From Raillietiella orientalis (lineage: Eukaryota): 64,000 nt of DNA. The position numbers were made by a program, and so were the translations under genes. The first letter of the stretch is position 1; each line of letters begins with the position of its first letter. The DNA lies in assembly GCA_036172245.1 (NCBI GenBank), contig JAYWIR010000003.1:1674001-1738000 (forward strand). The letters are read 5' to 3'. The notes under the pieces were generated by a model. It saw nothing but the letters and a program-made list of their open reading frames with translations, was not told where the DNA came from and searched no databases. Shown here in pieces: positions 49,201-62,200 of this stretch.

Positions 49201-49300
49201 GCGAACAGTCAGCAGTCGAAAGATTTCCGACGGAAGTGGCCACCGGCCATCCCTCTTCAGCCAGCTGGAACTCCATCGGGTTTTATGCAACTCTGACATT
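46240..49300 (-). mobile_element. Decayed R2/NeSL-group element
   Basis: IEGMLRTH, GQNAFRPL, VPLSR, IAADS, HCIKRHQ and FFVGTC relics in RT-to-RLE order. Confidence 0.55.
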
Positions 49301-49749
49301 GAGAGGACAACATTACTATGAGGTTCAGGAAGAAGTTCTTGGCTGCTTGCCCTGCCAAAACTGCGATACCAATCCGCTAAACCAGAAAACGTTTTCGCAC
49401 CTTTGTTTATCCTGAGTCCATCTTGCTGTACATTTATATATGTTCATACATATTAATACATAACTATTTGAAATATGAATATAATATAGGAGGCGCATTT
49501 CCAAAGTAAGGGCGAACCGGATAGAAAGACAGAACAAATCAGAGAAACAAAACTCTGTTGGTGGTTCTAAACACATACATCCCCATGTGACTATTCTACG
49601 TAGTCGCCATTTTGTCTCCAGACACTTTTGATACCGTGGAAGATCCTTTTTGGAAGATCCTTTTTGAAAGACCCTCTCCATGAAATTCCGCCGCCTGGGG
49701 GTTCAGCCAGTTCAGCAGCACTGCAGTTTTCAGCTCCTCACCTCCCCCT

Positions 49750-51400
49750 CGCATCCTTGAGCCACTTCTTGAGATTCAGGAAGACGTGGTGGCCACTGGA
49801 CGCGAGGACAGGACTGTAAGATCAAAAAGTTCCCATTCGAATTTCCGAATTGTCTGGAGTGCGTGGACTGGAGTCTGGAATGTTTGAGATGTGCAGTTCA
49901 AGGAGTTGGTGGTCCTCCTAACTGGATGCGCGCGCGTCGACGGCAAGCCAAGAAAGACTGAAGTCCCACGGCAAACGATTTGTTCACGTGAAACAAAAAA
50001 AGTTATGCTCTGAACATCGGGTCTTTGATGTGAAAAGTTCCTCACGGGGCGCTTCCACCTTGAAAGTGTTTAGCACGAAAGGAAACCTTTGCGGAATCGT
50101 ATTGAACCTTTTGAGTCCGTTCTATAAGTGCAGCTTAATGAACAAAAGGACTGAAAAAATGCAAAAAAATTAAAAAACAACCTGCCCCAAGTCCTGATGC
50201 CAGGAACATTGACGATAGCCAAACTGAGTGGCTAGTGACTTCAGTGCAGTTTTCCAAAAAACATTCGAGAATTTTCCAAGACTGTTACCAGCCAGATAGC
50301 ATCTCGTTGCCTCGATCTGCGTGAGAGAGCCCATCAGCAAAATTTCTGGGTCTTTTAGATGCACAGCATCCACATCAATCTTCGATAGAAAGATGTTTTC
50401 TTTATACTGAAGAGTCGCTGAGCAGATGTGAGCTGTTCGTTTCAGAGCCTCAGGATTGAGTGGGTAATGCAGACGCAGCAGGCAGAGAGAGATGCACATC
50501 TGGGTGAAGCACGCAAAAAAAGATTTTTTTTTTTCCAACAAGATGCTACTGGAATGCAGATGCACGCTTACATACTTTCTAGAACCGTGAGGGGGACGAA
50601 AGACTCTCTTCTCCGTTCCCTAAAACTCCGGGAAGCTTTCGTTCTGCGTGATTTGCTCTAGTCAGCAATGAGGAAGGCCACTGCTGAGGGTGGTCTGCGT
50701 GAACGGCGCTGGGCTGTTCACGAGGAGATGGGGCGGCAGACCAAGCGAGCTGCCCTCAAACGGTGGGTCCAGGAACAGATTCCAGGCTGAGACCGGGTTC
50801 GGTGCTCCAGATCAGCCATCATTTTAGACGTGTCGTGCCAAGGAGGACGGAAGGCAAGACTCAGAAGGTCAGCCTCGGAGGGAGCGACTGCCTCCGGGAA
50901 AGCGGTCGTCTGGAACTCCCGGCAGTTGCGGGATGACGACAGTGCGCGGAGAACGCCGACGATCTCGCTGAAGCAAGCAGGCAGCATGAAAAAGGAGATC
51001 GGCCTGCACGTTCTCCTGGCATCCTGAAGAGACTCTTCGGGTCATCGACAGAGCGGAGCCTGTCCTTCCGATGGGATTCGCTCTGGAGTCGAGTCGAGCA
51101 GCCATGTCGGACAGATGGTAGAGCGTCCCTTCCAGCTTCTCGCGCATTCCACGGAGGTCATGCTGCGAAGGAAATCCTGGAAGGAGGTTGCACAGCCAAC
51201 ATAAAAAGGAGACAGACATAACGCCTGAGGCATTGCAGCCTCTTGTTTTCTCTCTCCCTAAAAGCAGCCTTCCCTCTCTGTGCACCAGCGACCACAGAGG
51301 ACACGTCGCTAACATGCAAGCATCGCGCGATGTCCGTCGATTTCGGCGCGACGACAGCGTGAAGACTGATACTCCCTGCTCCGGCCACGTATCCTAGCTA
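49750..51400 (-). mobile_element. Decayed R2-group reverse transcriptase
   Basis: TLYHLSDMAARL..RRVSSGCQENV (50869..51315) and PLNPEA (50170..50565). Confidence 0.5.
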
Positions 51401-52499
51401 GCGGTCCATGCTTCGGAGGCCCAGCAGCCGCGCCAGCTCCGAGGAGGGTGCTGCCGAGCGAACTGAACTGTGGCAACGAGAACACCACTCTCTGTACGAC
51501 CCGGAAGCTCCCGGTGCCAAAGAGAGCTCATCCTATCAACGCAACAAGCATGCAGCAGGTGGCTTGGCAAGGCTGGTTATCTTTCGCCGCGAAATCAGTA
51601 CTTTTTATTGGAGTCTGCGATCAGCTCTCGAGAAATCAAGTTCCTGCTGCTGTTCCCACACACATCGCTATCACTTCAGCACGTCTCTTCAAACGCAAAT
51701 CCAGTGCCGCCACTTCGCTGCCCTTCTGCAGCACTTATTCAGGCTAAAGGGTGGGATTCAACCTATCTGACTGACTTAGCTGACCAGCTAACACTAGATT
51801 CCGTCCAAGGCTATTGATGTTCCCACTCGCATTCCACCATCACTTCAGCACGTCTCATCGAGCACGAACCGAGCTCGCAACCCAGTGGGACCTGCCCGTC
51901 ATCCAATTCCCTTCCTCGATCGATAATGGGGCTAATGGTCGAGAAGAAGCCAAGAGTTTTCTTCCTTGTGACTCCATTTACTACCAAATCCGGCTACATC
52001 GCACACTTCTTCGATGAGATGCTCTAACAGTTCACCACTTTGCAATAATGGATGGGTGTCGGCATCGTCCGGCAAGCGTCCAAGGCGAAGGGTTCAGTAG
52101 GTGTGGCGAGTGTAGCAGTTATGGGTAGTCCCGTCTTGACCGCCTACTCTCTCAGGGCACCAAGCTCCCATCATTCCGTGATGCTCTTAGATGACCAACC
52201 ATCCAGGAGACCTACGACGGTATCATGCACTTTATCTTCTACCCCTCTCAGGAAAGCTATGTGGAAACATCCTTATGCTTAGTTTCCTCTGCCTCATTCC
52301 TAGCAGTGTCAAAGACATCCTCCCCATTCTCAGATGTTTAGTCAGCATCCGGCACCGCCACTCTGTTGTCATTCTCCAGCACCATGTCAGGCCGAACGGT
52401 GGAACCCAACCCAGGAATCTGCTGACCAGCTAGCGCCAGTTTCCGTTTCGCTGCCTCCACAGCGGCCGTTTGCATTCTGTCTACCACCGCATCATACCT

Positions 52500-54570
52500 G
52501 CCTGTGCCTCATGCAGTGATTCGCCACGAGAGGCAGCGTCTCGCCCTGCATGCCACAGTCACGAACGGATTGCCTTCTTCCAGAAAATCCTCCGGTGGTG
52601 AGCGGATTCAGTCTTGATGTTTGGGTGAGCCAGCAATCCGCAAATGCCACCCTGAGGAGTTGCCCAGCGCACCCACGATTCGGACTCCTCGGCCCAAACA
52701 TCAAGAGCATCGCCACTCGAATCCGGATTTCAAAAGAACCCCCGTTGTAAGTCAGGAGTAGGTTGCTCTTGTGGGAACTGCCCCTGTGTGCACGGAAAAA
52801 GCGCGAGCAGACGTATGGGAACAAATTTTAGGCCGCACCTGATTTTTGGTGTACGCATGGTTGAGGTGTGCCGAAAGGGAATGTAAGGATTGCAGTTATG
52901 TTCCAGGTGGGCAAAAACGTGCCAAATCTTTGCCTTTTATCTTATGGGTCTGTCGAACTCTCCCTTGAAACGACTGCCTTTCCCTGATTCGTTCGAAGAA
53001 CAGCGCTTGCCCTCCGGGTTTTTCACTATCTCCTTCGATGGTTATAAAAAAGATTAGCCAGGAGGTATAGAAAAGGGGACCGAGGACCTTCTGCGAGGAG
53101 CCTCCTGGCAAACGCAGAGGTCCCGGGTCCGCTTGAAGGACTTGTGCGCGCCGCATCGAAGTTCTGGACCACCCATCGGTGCGTCCCAGCCAGACTCCTG
53201 GCCATGCGAGCAGCCGGCACCGAGGGACTCGGTTCGGTCCTCGTGCATGGACACTGAGAGTTGCCTCGATGCGAGTGGCAACTCCAGAAAGTGGTTGCCT
53301 TGGTCCAGGAGAACGGATGGATTTCCTGCCGCTCCGCCAGCTTTAGTTCCTGGAAACAGGAAACGGGTCAGGCGTGGGCGAAAAGTCACGAACCTACAGC
53401 CATCGCGATGCCTGCGATCCTCGAGCTACGCCCGGTGCTCGCTGCAGGAAATCATGGACTGCCCAAGGACACCGCCTGAGCACGGAACACCCTACTTGCA
53501 GCCACGCTGCACGTCATACGACAAAGTGAAAATAGCGATGCGCCTGCAAGATGGGAAGTATCCTGTGAGATCGCGGGAGAAAAGAAACAGCTGGGATGCT
53601 GTATGGCGCGTCAACTGGCTGACGCATGTACCCCCCGCCGAACTCCCCAAAGGATTTCGTCTCTGGGTGCAACTCCTGGATATTCCATTTGAAGGGAAAG
53701 AATTTATGAGAAGCGGTTTCCCTGTGGTTTTCCTTCGGGATTTTCTCACAAGCGTAAGGGGAAATACTCCCAATGTTTGTGGACAGCTCCACTCTTCCCC
53801 TGAAGTGGCAGGACTCAGCATTGCAGTTGTTGCACTGGGGGGGATCCCGTACAACGCACCACTGGACGAAGGGAGTGCGGTCCCAGACTGTGTCCGGTGC
53901 AGGGAACGGGGGAAACCTTCCCGCACCTGTCGTTGGCTGTGTTGCTCTCACGGATGTCCGGGAACGCTTCGTTGCGTCCCTCTTACTCCCGATGGGCAAC
54001 GGCGGAGAGGTCCTGCGGTGCCTCTCGGCGCGCGACTCGACGTCGCCTGCAGCTTCCCTTGCAACTCCGTGCTGCCTTCGTGGGATCGTGCAGGCGAGAA
54101 GCCACGCCGAAGGAGGCCAGTCGAAGGATGAGATCATCGCAACCGTCTGCTCCTCCATGTGAAAGGCAACAAGATGGCCACATCCGTGCCAGCAGAAGGA
54201 GGAAGTGGCGAACATCTTCCAGAGGATGCTGAGGACGCCAGGAAGAAATCCCTGATCCCTTCCCTTTCCCCCTCCGACATTTTTTCAAGCTGAACTTTTG
54301 TGTTGGCCCCTTCCTCCACTCCTTCTGCCACGCACGGATCTCATCGGGGGGCTGCTCACGAGAAGCAGCGCCTCCAAGACACTTCCCTTCGCAGTGGTCA
54401 TGTGAAGCCACCACGAAAGAAGACATTTTATATTTTATGTGATAAACCCCAAATGTTTTATATAGGAATTGTTTATGGTTAATATATAATATATTACCTT
54501 TTAATTAGTTTTTTGTGTGAATTTTTTTTTGCAATAAAAACCCCTGCGTGACCAGGTAAAAATAAGGGAT
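52500..54570 (+). mobile_element. L1/Tx1-like element, longest decayed ORF2 3' half in the window
   Basis: PSMVIKKISQE, LPLKWQDSALQLLHWG and PDCVRCRE across frameshifts. AT-rich UTR and AATAAA at 54533 followed by the family terminal motif. Confidence 0.8.
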
Positions 54571-54574
54571 CTTT

Positions 54575-54925
54575 CCTCGATCGATGAGCTGGTTCATATC
54601 CCCTTCGGGGGTTCGCCGCTCACATAAGTTGGGAAGCGTTTCTTCAGTATTCCCTTCAGAGGAGGAAATAGGGAGCAGTTCCCTTGCGGGTTTCCTTCGG
54701 GGTTCCCTCCCACGCGTAAGGGCAAAGAAACTCCTTCTTCCGAAGCCTTCCTGGATTCATAGGGTGGTTCCCTCCCGGGGTACCCCCTAAATTGATGGGT
54801 TACTGCACCCTCGGGTAGCGTGGACAGCGTTAAAAAGATCGTGAGTTTCCTTTCTGAGGAAACGAACAGTTTTTCAGCACTTGGTTAAGCAAATAGAAAA
54901 AAGGAAAGCCCGAAAAAAAAAAAGG
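54575..54925 (+). mobile_element. SINE-like family copy (3' part with A-rich tail)
   Basis: cccc-ttcg-gggg, cttcagaggaggaaa, ttcctggattcatagggtggttccctcccggggtacccc, cgtggacagcgtt; A run at 54913-54923. Confidence 0.75.
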
Positions 54926-54979
54926 TGAGAAGCAAAAGAGCGAAACGGGAGAGGACATCAAAGGATTTCCATCATCCTA

Positions 54980-56255
54980 GCCCCCCCTTTGCCCCAGTGC
55001 TGCCCTCCATAAGGGACGCAAGGGACAGTGTAATCTCGGCAAACTGGGAAGTGACTTGCTGCATAGCAGCAAAAACGAAACTTCTGGGGGAGTGGACAAC
55101 TCGAGAAGTGACGGACGCTGCGACCCCGAGTGTCCTTTCCCACGGACTTGTGCGCTGGAGAGAGCTGCTCGACATCCCTCCGGAGGAGATGGAGTGGAGG
55201 GCAAAGGAGGAGGAGAGAGGCAGACGATGGTAGAGGGGACTCCAGAGCGCGGAGTCTTCTTCTACGAGGTGCTTTCAAGGCGTAGATGCGACGTCGCCTT
55301 CTTGTTCTGCACGATTTTCCGCGGCTGTGACCTCAGCAGAGGGAAGCGGGGCGGAAGGCGACTCACGTGTACGTCGGATCCACATGCTCGTGGGAGCGAT
55401 GGAAGTTGGAGGAGAAAGGGCTGCGGCTGAGGTCTCACTCCAGCAGAGGCTCCTCGTCGTGATGCAGGGCCACGTAAGCGCCCTTGGGTACACAGCAGTC
55501 CTCGGTGCCCTCCGTGGTCTCCCTGTACACCGGATGGTATCCAGTGTATCCAGTACCCCAGCGTGCTGTAACAGCGACACTCCGCTTAAAGTGGCGGGGG
55601 TCGGCGTTGCTGGTGTTGCATGAGGCAATCCCATGCAAAGCGCGCCTTCACCACTGGATACGGGGAAGCGTGGAGGCTCAGGGCGACAGATCGGGAAGAA
55701 GGAGACTCTCTCTTACCTGCTGATGGAGTGTACTGCCCTCCGAATCCTTCGGAATCGCTTCGCGACGACCCTAGGAATCCCGGTAGGGACACTTTCAGAC
55801 GCTTTTTCGCGGGTGCCTCACTGCAGCCACCAACCGCATCCCTCGCAGTTCTCGGCTCTGTTTGCGAGATCAGGGCGGCCCAGAACGCCAAAAGGAGGGA
55901 TAGGGACGTCATCCATTGTGCACAGATCTTCCTGAAGACCTCCTCGAGATGGCTCCACTTGGGCGCTATACGGGCAGAACCCGCCAGCATCCTGGATAGG
56001 ATGCAGAGGACGTATGGCAGCTTACTGTGACCCTCCCCCCCCGTCGTGTGTGATTCCCTCTCCCTTGTTTTCGTGTGTTTTATTCTTTGTGTGTTTGTGT
56101 TTTCGCTTCCCCCACGCTGCCGAAGCGGATCTCGCCGGTGGCGAACTGCTCTTCGGCAAGTACGTTGCATGTGGTAGAACCCAGAGTCCTGACCGCACCA
56201 ATGTATTTTTATTGCTCTTTGTAATACATGCTCCGGCATAACCGGGTGGCAATCA
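54980..56255 (+). mobile_element. L1/Tx1-like decayed 3' fragment
   Basis: PLKVAG/KW motif, ETLSYLLMEC and RWLHLG..SILDRMQRT. UTR stem and terminal ctccggcataaccgggtggcaatc. Confidence 0.75.
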
Positions 56256-56299
56256 TCTACGAGTAGAAAGTTGTATTTTTCACATTGGGATTTCCGAAT

Positions 56300-58950
56300 G
56301 CATGTTTTTCGCGCTCGGTCTCTGCGTGAGCCCAAAGTTGAGAGACTCTCCAGGGTGCTTCTGCGTAATTTTTTTCCCTGCTGCGGAATGAGGTGAGAGA
56401 AGCGAGCAAACATGCATCCCGATGAACACGAGTGCCCCTTCCCGTTTCGCCAGAGACTGGCGCGCCTGCCGGCGTGTTGCGCCCGCGCGGTTAGCGGGCG
56501 AGAAGATGGAGGAGGAGGAAAGCGGTGCGACTTCTGACTAGGGATCGCAAGCTGCAGTCCCGCCGAGATTGCCCGCGCGCGGTCCATGCAGGCTCACGGG
56601 AAGGTCGCTGCCCCGGACCGTACCCGGAAAGAAGCCTTGTTGCTTCCTTGTAAGAGGAACGAGCAACACATCCTTGCAAAACTGGTTGAGGATCGAGGGA
56701 CCGCCGCCCTCTTCAAAGTTTCAGATGGCTCACATCTCCGGACGTTCTCCGGTGCATCTTTCCGGCAGCCTCCCGTTTCCTTTGTGCGCAACCGAACCTT
56801 CCCGCACTTTTCTGCTGATCCCTTGAAGAACTTCCTACTAACTAGAGCGCCCTAATCGACGACGCTCCAGATACCTCATTTGAATCCTAATTTGCGAACC
56901 CCCTCCGTGTTTTGGAAGCTCCCTCCTTCGATTCAAACAGGAATTGAGGTCTTCTAAACAGGGAACACAGCTGCTCGAGCAGCTGCGAGTTTCCATGGTA
57001 TTTTTTTTTTCCTTCCCCTCCTCCCCCAACGGTGCTGATGATTTCGTTTTAATTCCTTTCAGTCTTCTCATTGAGAAAACGTAAGGCTACCGTGGCATGT
57101 ATCTTTTGTTTTCAGCTCAGCTCCATTTCATCTGTGTTTTTTTTTTTTATTTTTGCCATTCATTCTGTGAGCACATCTCGGCCGCCCGTGAGGAGTGCAG
57201 TAGCCACAGGGAGGAAGACGGGTGTTCAGTGGCGACAAATGGTTTCCGAGTGATTAAAATGAGCACTCAACTGTGAGGCAGCGCCAGCGACAAATGGACC
57301 GCGGTTGAAGTTAGAAAATGGTCCATCAGCAGCGTTCAGGAAAACGTTCTGCTGTTTCGTACGCCGTGAGCTGGTCCACGGAAAACGAGATCTCCCCATG
57401 GAAGATCTCAACGCAGATCGTTCCGAGGGTGCAGCCGAGATGCTTCTCCCTGCCAATCGACAGACAGATTTTCTGCTAGACTGATGATGCCTTACTGAAA
57501 CGGAGTATTCTTCCATGGCTTCTCTCTCGCAAGAGAGAAACAGCCACCGCTCACTTGCTGTTAAATCTCTCACTTCCGGGAACCTTCAAGATGAGGACTC
57601 CCGAAGGAATGACCGGAAGCACGATCGACTCTGTGCTGCCTCCATCTTCGATTTTCAAGAGACCACTTTTCAAATGCTGTAGTGCTTTTTATTGATGGAT
57701 TTCGAACCTCTAAACTTTCCCTGGAGGCAGGAGCAGCAGCAAGAACGGAAGTGTGGTAAGTAGGGACCCGAGTGTCAGCTGAAAGTTCGGGAGATTTCTA
57801 CCCAGCGGTAACTGATGAGGCTTTTCCAGCCACTCAGCCACCGGCATGAGCTCTTTGCTTCCTAACGATGGCAAGAAAAGCTTCCGTTCTTCTCGAAGCA
57901 GATGATCGAATGGCGGAAAAGCGAAGATGCGCCTGCACCTAGCGCGGAGGGACGATCCCTCCGCCGCTGCTACGAATTCGGAACGATTTCCCCACCCCCC
58001 CCCCTCCAGACAAAAGCGATCACTTCTCCAGCCACTCAACGAGGATTTCTTGTTTGACCGCACCTTGTTGTTATCTTGAGGTCAGTTCACACCCGGCGAA
58101 GACACCAAGCATGGAATGTCACAGAGCTGCGCCACCATCTTCGAGTCGGGGCGTTTGAAGCCATCCGCCCAACTGCGGATCATCTGAGATCAAAAAAAAA
58201 GTTCCCACATCCCGGTGATGCTCACCACCGAAAGTTCCGTCGCAATGATGAGCGACCGTCTCCAGGGAAGTCCGAAAAGCTCGCCAGTAGCAATAGGCCA
58301 TCGACCCGTTCTTGCTTTATCCTTTCCGGCTGAAGAGTTATTTGTGATGGTCTACGAAAGAAAGGAAAAAAGCTGCATGTGGATGAGAATGCAGCAAGCA
58401 GGAGTGACCTTGCATGGAAAGGAGGTACAGGACTATGGACAGCTATTGAGATGCGCGATCGGTCGTCAGCTGATGGGGTTCGCGTTTTCCGTTCGATCCT
58501 TCATGCACTTAGCGTCAGAGCAAATGGTCGATTTGAGGCTGGAGACTTTTCCTAGCAACATTCCTCCCTTTCTCAGGCGTTGTGCTTACCGTCCAAACAC
58601 GCCAAGAGAATGTTCCAAAGTGGCGCCTAAACACAAAGAGCTCACTGAAGCAAGGAAAGACACCTGACAGAAGGTTGGATGAACGAAACCCTCAAGTGCT
58701 GATGCTGACCGGGAAGTTCCCTCGCTCACAGGGAATGGCTAGCAGTTCATCTTCCTCATCTTTACCGTCTTCGGTCAAGATGAGGAAGATGGAAAAGCGA
58801 AAAGAGGCTGAGCTCCGAGGAGCGCGGAAGATGGATTGGAGGATTCCTAGATGGCACTGGGAGACCGCTTGCCATTGATGGACCTGGATGGTATAGCTTT
58901 CAGTGAGCGGGAAAACTGCGCACCCACAATGGAGACGGGAGATCCTTTGG
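56300..58950 (-). mobile_element. Decayed R2/NeSL-group element
   Basis: PGPS (about 58880), IFLILTEDGKD, EHS, MQGHS, WLEKPHQLP and VRRCEPSETL (about 56730), in order. Confidence 0.5.
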
Positions 58951-58959
58951 GGTTCTTTT

Positions 58960-59790
58960 TTGCCCTCGCTGTTTCCCTTTCAGCTTTTCTTCGGTTCGCT
59001 GAGTGCCTCGAGAGCCGTGGCGCCTCTGAAGGAGGCTCACTCAGCTCTTTGACGCTGTTCCACACCACCAGGAGGAGAGTGTAATTCTTAAAGATAGAGG
59101 GTTCCCGGGGAGGGAACCACCCTATGCATCTAGAAATGGATCCACGGAGAAAAGAGTCAGCTCCTCCCGCTTCTGTGGTGGGATCCCCGAAGTCTAGTTG
59201 TCTCCGAAGGGGAACCCCGAAGGAAATCTCTTTCCTTATTCTCTCCAAAGGGACCTGCGGAGGGGTCCGCTTAACCTTTCCTTCCCTAAAGGAACCTGGA
59301 AAGGATTCGCTAGTACGAATTTCTTCTCCGAAGGAAACCCCGAAGGGACGCTTCCGAAATTCAGAAGGGACGCTGGTTCCCCGAGCACGAGAAGCGTGCT
59401 GGGAGCAGCACGCTTCTCTTCACTCTGTGGAGAGGTGGCGACACACCTACCCCATCAGTACGACGCTGAGGATCCCCCCTCCGAAGGGGAGGGGGTCGGC
59501 TCCTTTACAACTGGTGGGGATCAACCCACTCCTTGATTCCTGGAAGGACTCGGAGGTCGACTCTCAATCCCGACCGCTCATGAGAGGCATCCCGTTTGAG
59601 CCGCTGCCAGTGTCGCACCCGAATGAACAGAGGCCAACCAGAATCATGGCGCTGGAGGAGGAACTTGAACTTACAACACACCTCCCATTTCTCGGTGCAA
59701 TTCTTACCCGGGTGGGATTCTAACCGACGACGCTTGGTGGTGCCACGCGCGGACACATCAGCAGCCAGTAGCCTCCGACGCGGGCCGAAG
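58960..59790 (-). mobile_element. tRNA-headed SINE-like element, near full length
   Basis: Reverse complement begins gcccgcgtcggaggc as at 10179, has caagcgtcgtcggttagaatccc, and is colinear with 10179-10925 throughout. Confidence 0.85.
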
Positions 59791-59799
59791 GGTGAGCAC

Positions 59800-60250
59800 A
59801 CGTGATTCTGCCTGAGAGGATGACGCGATCTCCTTGCGATGTGAATCTCCAGAAGATCCGGTCCCGGTTGCAGGGCACGCGGAGGGAGCACCCCGCTCCG
59901 ATGGCTGGCAAAGCGCACCTGCAGCACCTCCGGTTGAGGGAGACCATGCAGAACCGCGCCCCTCGTCCTTCGGGAACCCTCATTGCTGCGTTTGGACTTT
60001 TTCGGCACCGCTGACGAGTCACGTCGGCCTTGCGTGAGGCGCCCGCCAAGCGGTTTCAGGTCAAGACAGTGCGTGGCGGGGTCCCGGGCCGCACCCATCA
60101 TCCAGGTCTCTAACGAAACTGCCGGCCTGCACGCGCGTGCGCTCGTTTACGACGCGAGGCTTTCCGCTTCCCCCCAAGGGTCAAGGAAAGCGCGCCTTTG
60201 GCATTAGAGTGGTTGCGCGAACCTACGCCGCCAAACACAAGACTATTTCG
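59800..60250 (-). mobile_element. L1/Tx1-like ORF1 (gag-like CCHC knuckle) remnant
   Basis: VLHGLP / RRCCRCALPA..CSLRVPCNR / HIARR across a frameshift, resembling Y.GQP..C..C...H....C...C.RC...H. Confidence 0.45.
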
Positions 60251-60264
60251 GACGGAACCAGTTT

Positions 60265-60432
60265 GTCTCGCAGTAGCGGCCTTCTGGCTGCGGTCTCCAA
60301 GCGTCGTGGATTTGAATCCCATTCGAGAGTGAATGATTGACACCGGAAAATGGGGGGTGCTTCGTGAGTTTCGAGTCCCTCCCCCTGCAGGATGGCACTA
60401 GTTGGCCTACAGGCTTTGGGTGAGGTACTGGT
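60265..60432 (+). mobile_element. SINE-like family copy, 5' half
   Basis: ccaagcgtcgtggatttgaatccc, gacaccggaaaatggggg, gtgagtttcgagtccc and gttggcctac match the head of 31440-32210. Confidence 0.75.
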
Positions 60433-61680
60433 TGACACCCGGTCACGCGGAGCGTTTACTTATAAAAAATAAACGTCTGTGGCAGAAAGTTGATCCTGCC
60501 ATGTTAATTATAACTAAGAGAGAGGGACGTACCAGGAACTGGCACGCAGTCAGGGGGGTTCGCCTCAGAAGTATAGAGAACGGGGAGACAAACAAAAAAT
60601 AAAACGAAAATAAAACGAAAAATGCAGTCAAAAAATGGATGGGGGGTTCGGGAAGGGATCACTGTGTGCTGGAGGGTGTCCTTTGCATCCTTGTAAGGAT
60701 GCCGGCAAGTTCCTGTTTCAAGACTCCCAGATGGAGCCATCTTGACGCTGTCCTCATGAAGAGGACAGCAAAGTAGATGGCGTCCCTGTCGTCCTGGCCT
60801 CCTCTGATGTTGCTCCATACAGCCACGGTTCCGTCGCGTGGGCAGCAAAGTGCTGCTGGGGATGCGGCCAGCGTGAGGGCGTCGCGCAAAAAGAGGAGCT
60901 TTTAAACGTCTCTGGCGTTGCCGCCGGGGATGCGCAGGGACGCGACAACGCGTCCCGAAAGGAACCGAAGGGCAGCGTAGTCCACTAGGAGGTGCTGGAG
61001 GGATTCTCTCTCCCCTCACTTTGCACAGTTTGGGTACAGCCCCTTCCCCCCTGTCCAATGATGCCTGAGGGCGTTGCACGGGAGACCCCAGTGCAGCAAC
61101 AGCAGCAGCGCCAGCTCCTGCCACTTTAAGGGGAGGATGCAGGTATTCATGAGCACCGGGGGCCACTGTAGGTCTTTCTCCGGAATACCCAGTAGCACGC
61201 CCCAGTGCAAAAGTACCGCGAGGTCGAGTAATTGGGGTCGCAGCGTCGGTGGGCTGATCCGTCGTCTACTCACTCACCCAGTCCTTTTCTCCTTCCGGAG
61301 ATTTCCACAGTAACCTCCCATCTATCCGTAAAGCTTCTGCTCATGTTCCCCCGAAGGGAGGACAGCGCGGCGGCGATGGAGGTTCTGTTTGCTCATTCTC
61401 CGCGGGATCTTTCAGGATCTCCTGGAGAGAGTAGTTGGTGTGAAAACAGTGCAGCAAGCGCCGCGACTGCTCCAGGCATGGCTGGTTGGGCTTCGCCCAC
61501 GTGCGAACGGTTCCCTGCAACCAAAACTACCGTTCATGGGGCAGCACGAAATCCATCCGTTTTTCTTCGCCAGCGTGAACACCTGCCGAAGGTGCAGTCC
61601 TCAGTAGATGAGACTGCGTGGAAGGTGCGCAAGGAAGGACGCGAGTCCACGCTGCCGGTGGCTTACTGAACGGGAAGGCG
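60430..61680 (-). mobile_element. L1/Tx1-like decayed 3' fragment lying between two SINE halves
   Basis: IPEKDLQWPPVLMNTCILPLKWQELALLLLLHWG..PNCAK, nearly the same as the 1329..1661 ORF. Terminal motif at 60430-60461. Confidence 0.8.
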
Positions 61681-61685
61681 TGGGT

Positions 61686-62200
61686 GACACTAGTTGGCAC
61701 TGAGGGTGTGGCACTGGTGGAATCCGGAAACCCCCGATGCGCCTGTTGACTGGTCAGGATTGGGAGTCATCCTCCATGGTCTTACCAGGAATCAAGGAGC
61801 CCTTTGCGGTTTTCCTCTGCCTGTGAAAATAGGACCTTCCCCTCCCTCAGAAGGGACCTTCCATCGTGTACCATGGAGCCGGTTCATATCCCACTAGGTG
61901 GGTCGTGTATCCCCACTACCCCTTAAAGAATACCACTAGGTATTCTTTAAGGGGTGCGCTGATCCCCTTCGGAGAGCTCTCAGAGAAACTGGAATGCGCC
62001 CCTTCGATGTTTCCTTCAGAGGAGGAAAGGCAAGCAGCAGATTCTTTCCGGATTTTCTCCAGAGAAGAAATGGGGAGCGCCTCTCCCCCAGAGAATTTCT
62101 GTGGAGATAACAAGGAAGGCATCCCCTCCAAGTTCCCTTCGGAAACAACCAGGTTGGGAGTTCCCTCGTGAGTAAGAGGAACGGACTCCTTCCCTCAGGG
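61686..62200 (+). mobile_element. SINE-like family copy, body
   Basis: gttgactggtcaggattgggagtc, caggaatcaag, ccttcagaggaggaaa, cccttcggaaacaaccagg, gaggaacggactcc. Confidence 0.75.

Noticed and set aside
53133..54131. 332-aa ORF as an intact protein
   Set aside because: Tx1-like motifs are split among frames, so this is a frameshifted TE relic.
55586..56587. 333-aa minus-strand ORF (likewise 33097..34026 and 31549..32337)
   Set aside because: Crosses unrelated repeat boundaries and is not conserved in frame among copies; a chance ORF in GC-rich repeats.
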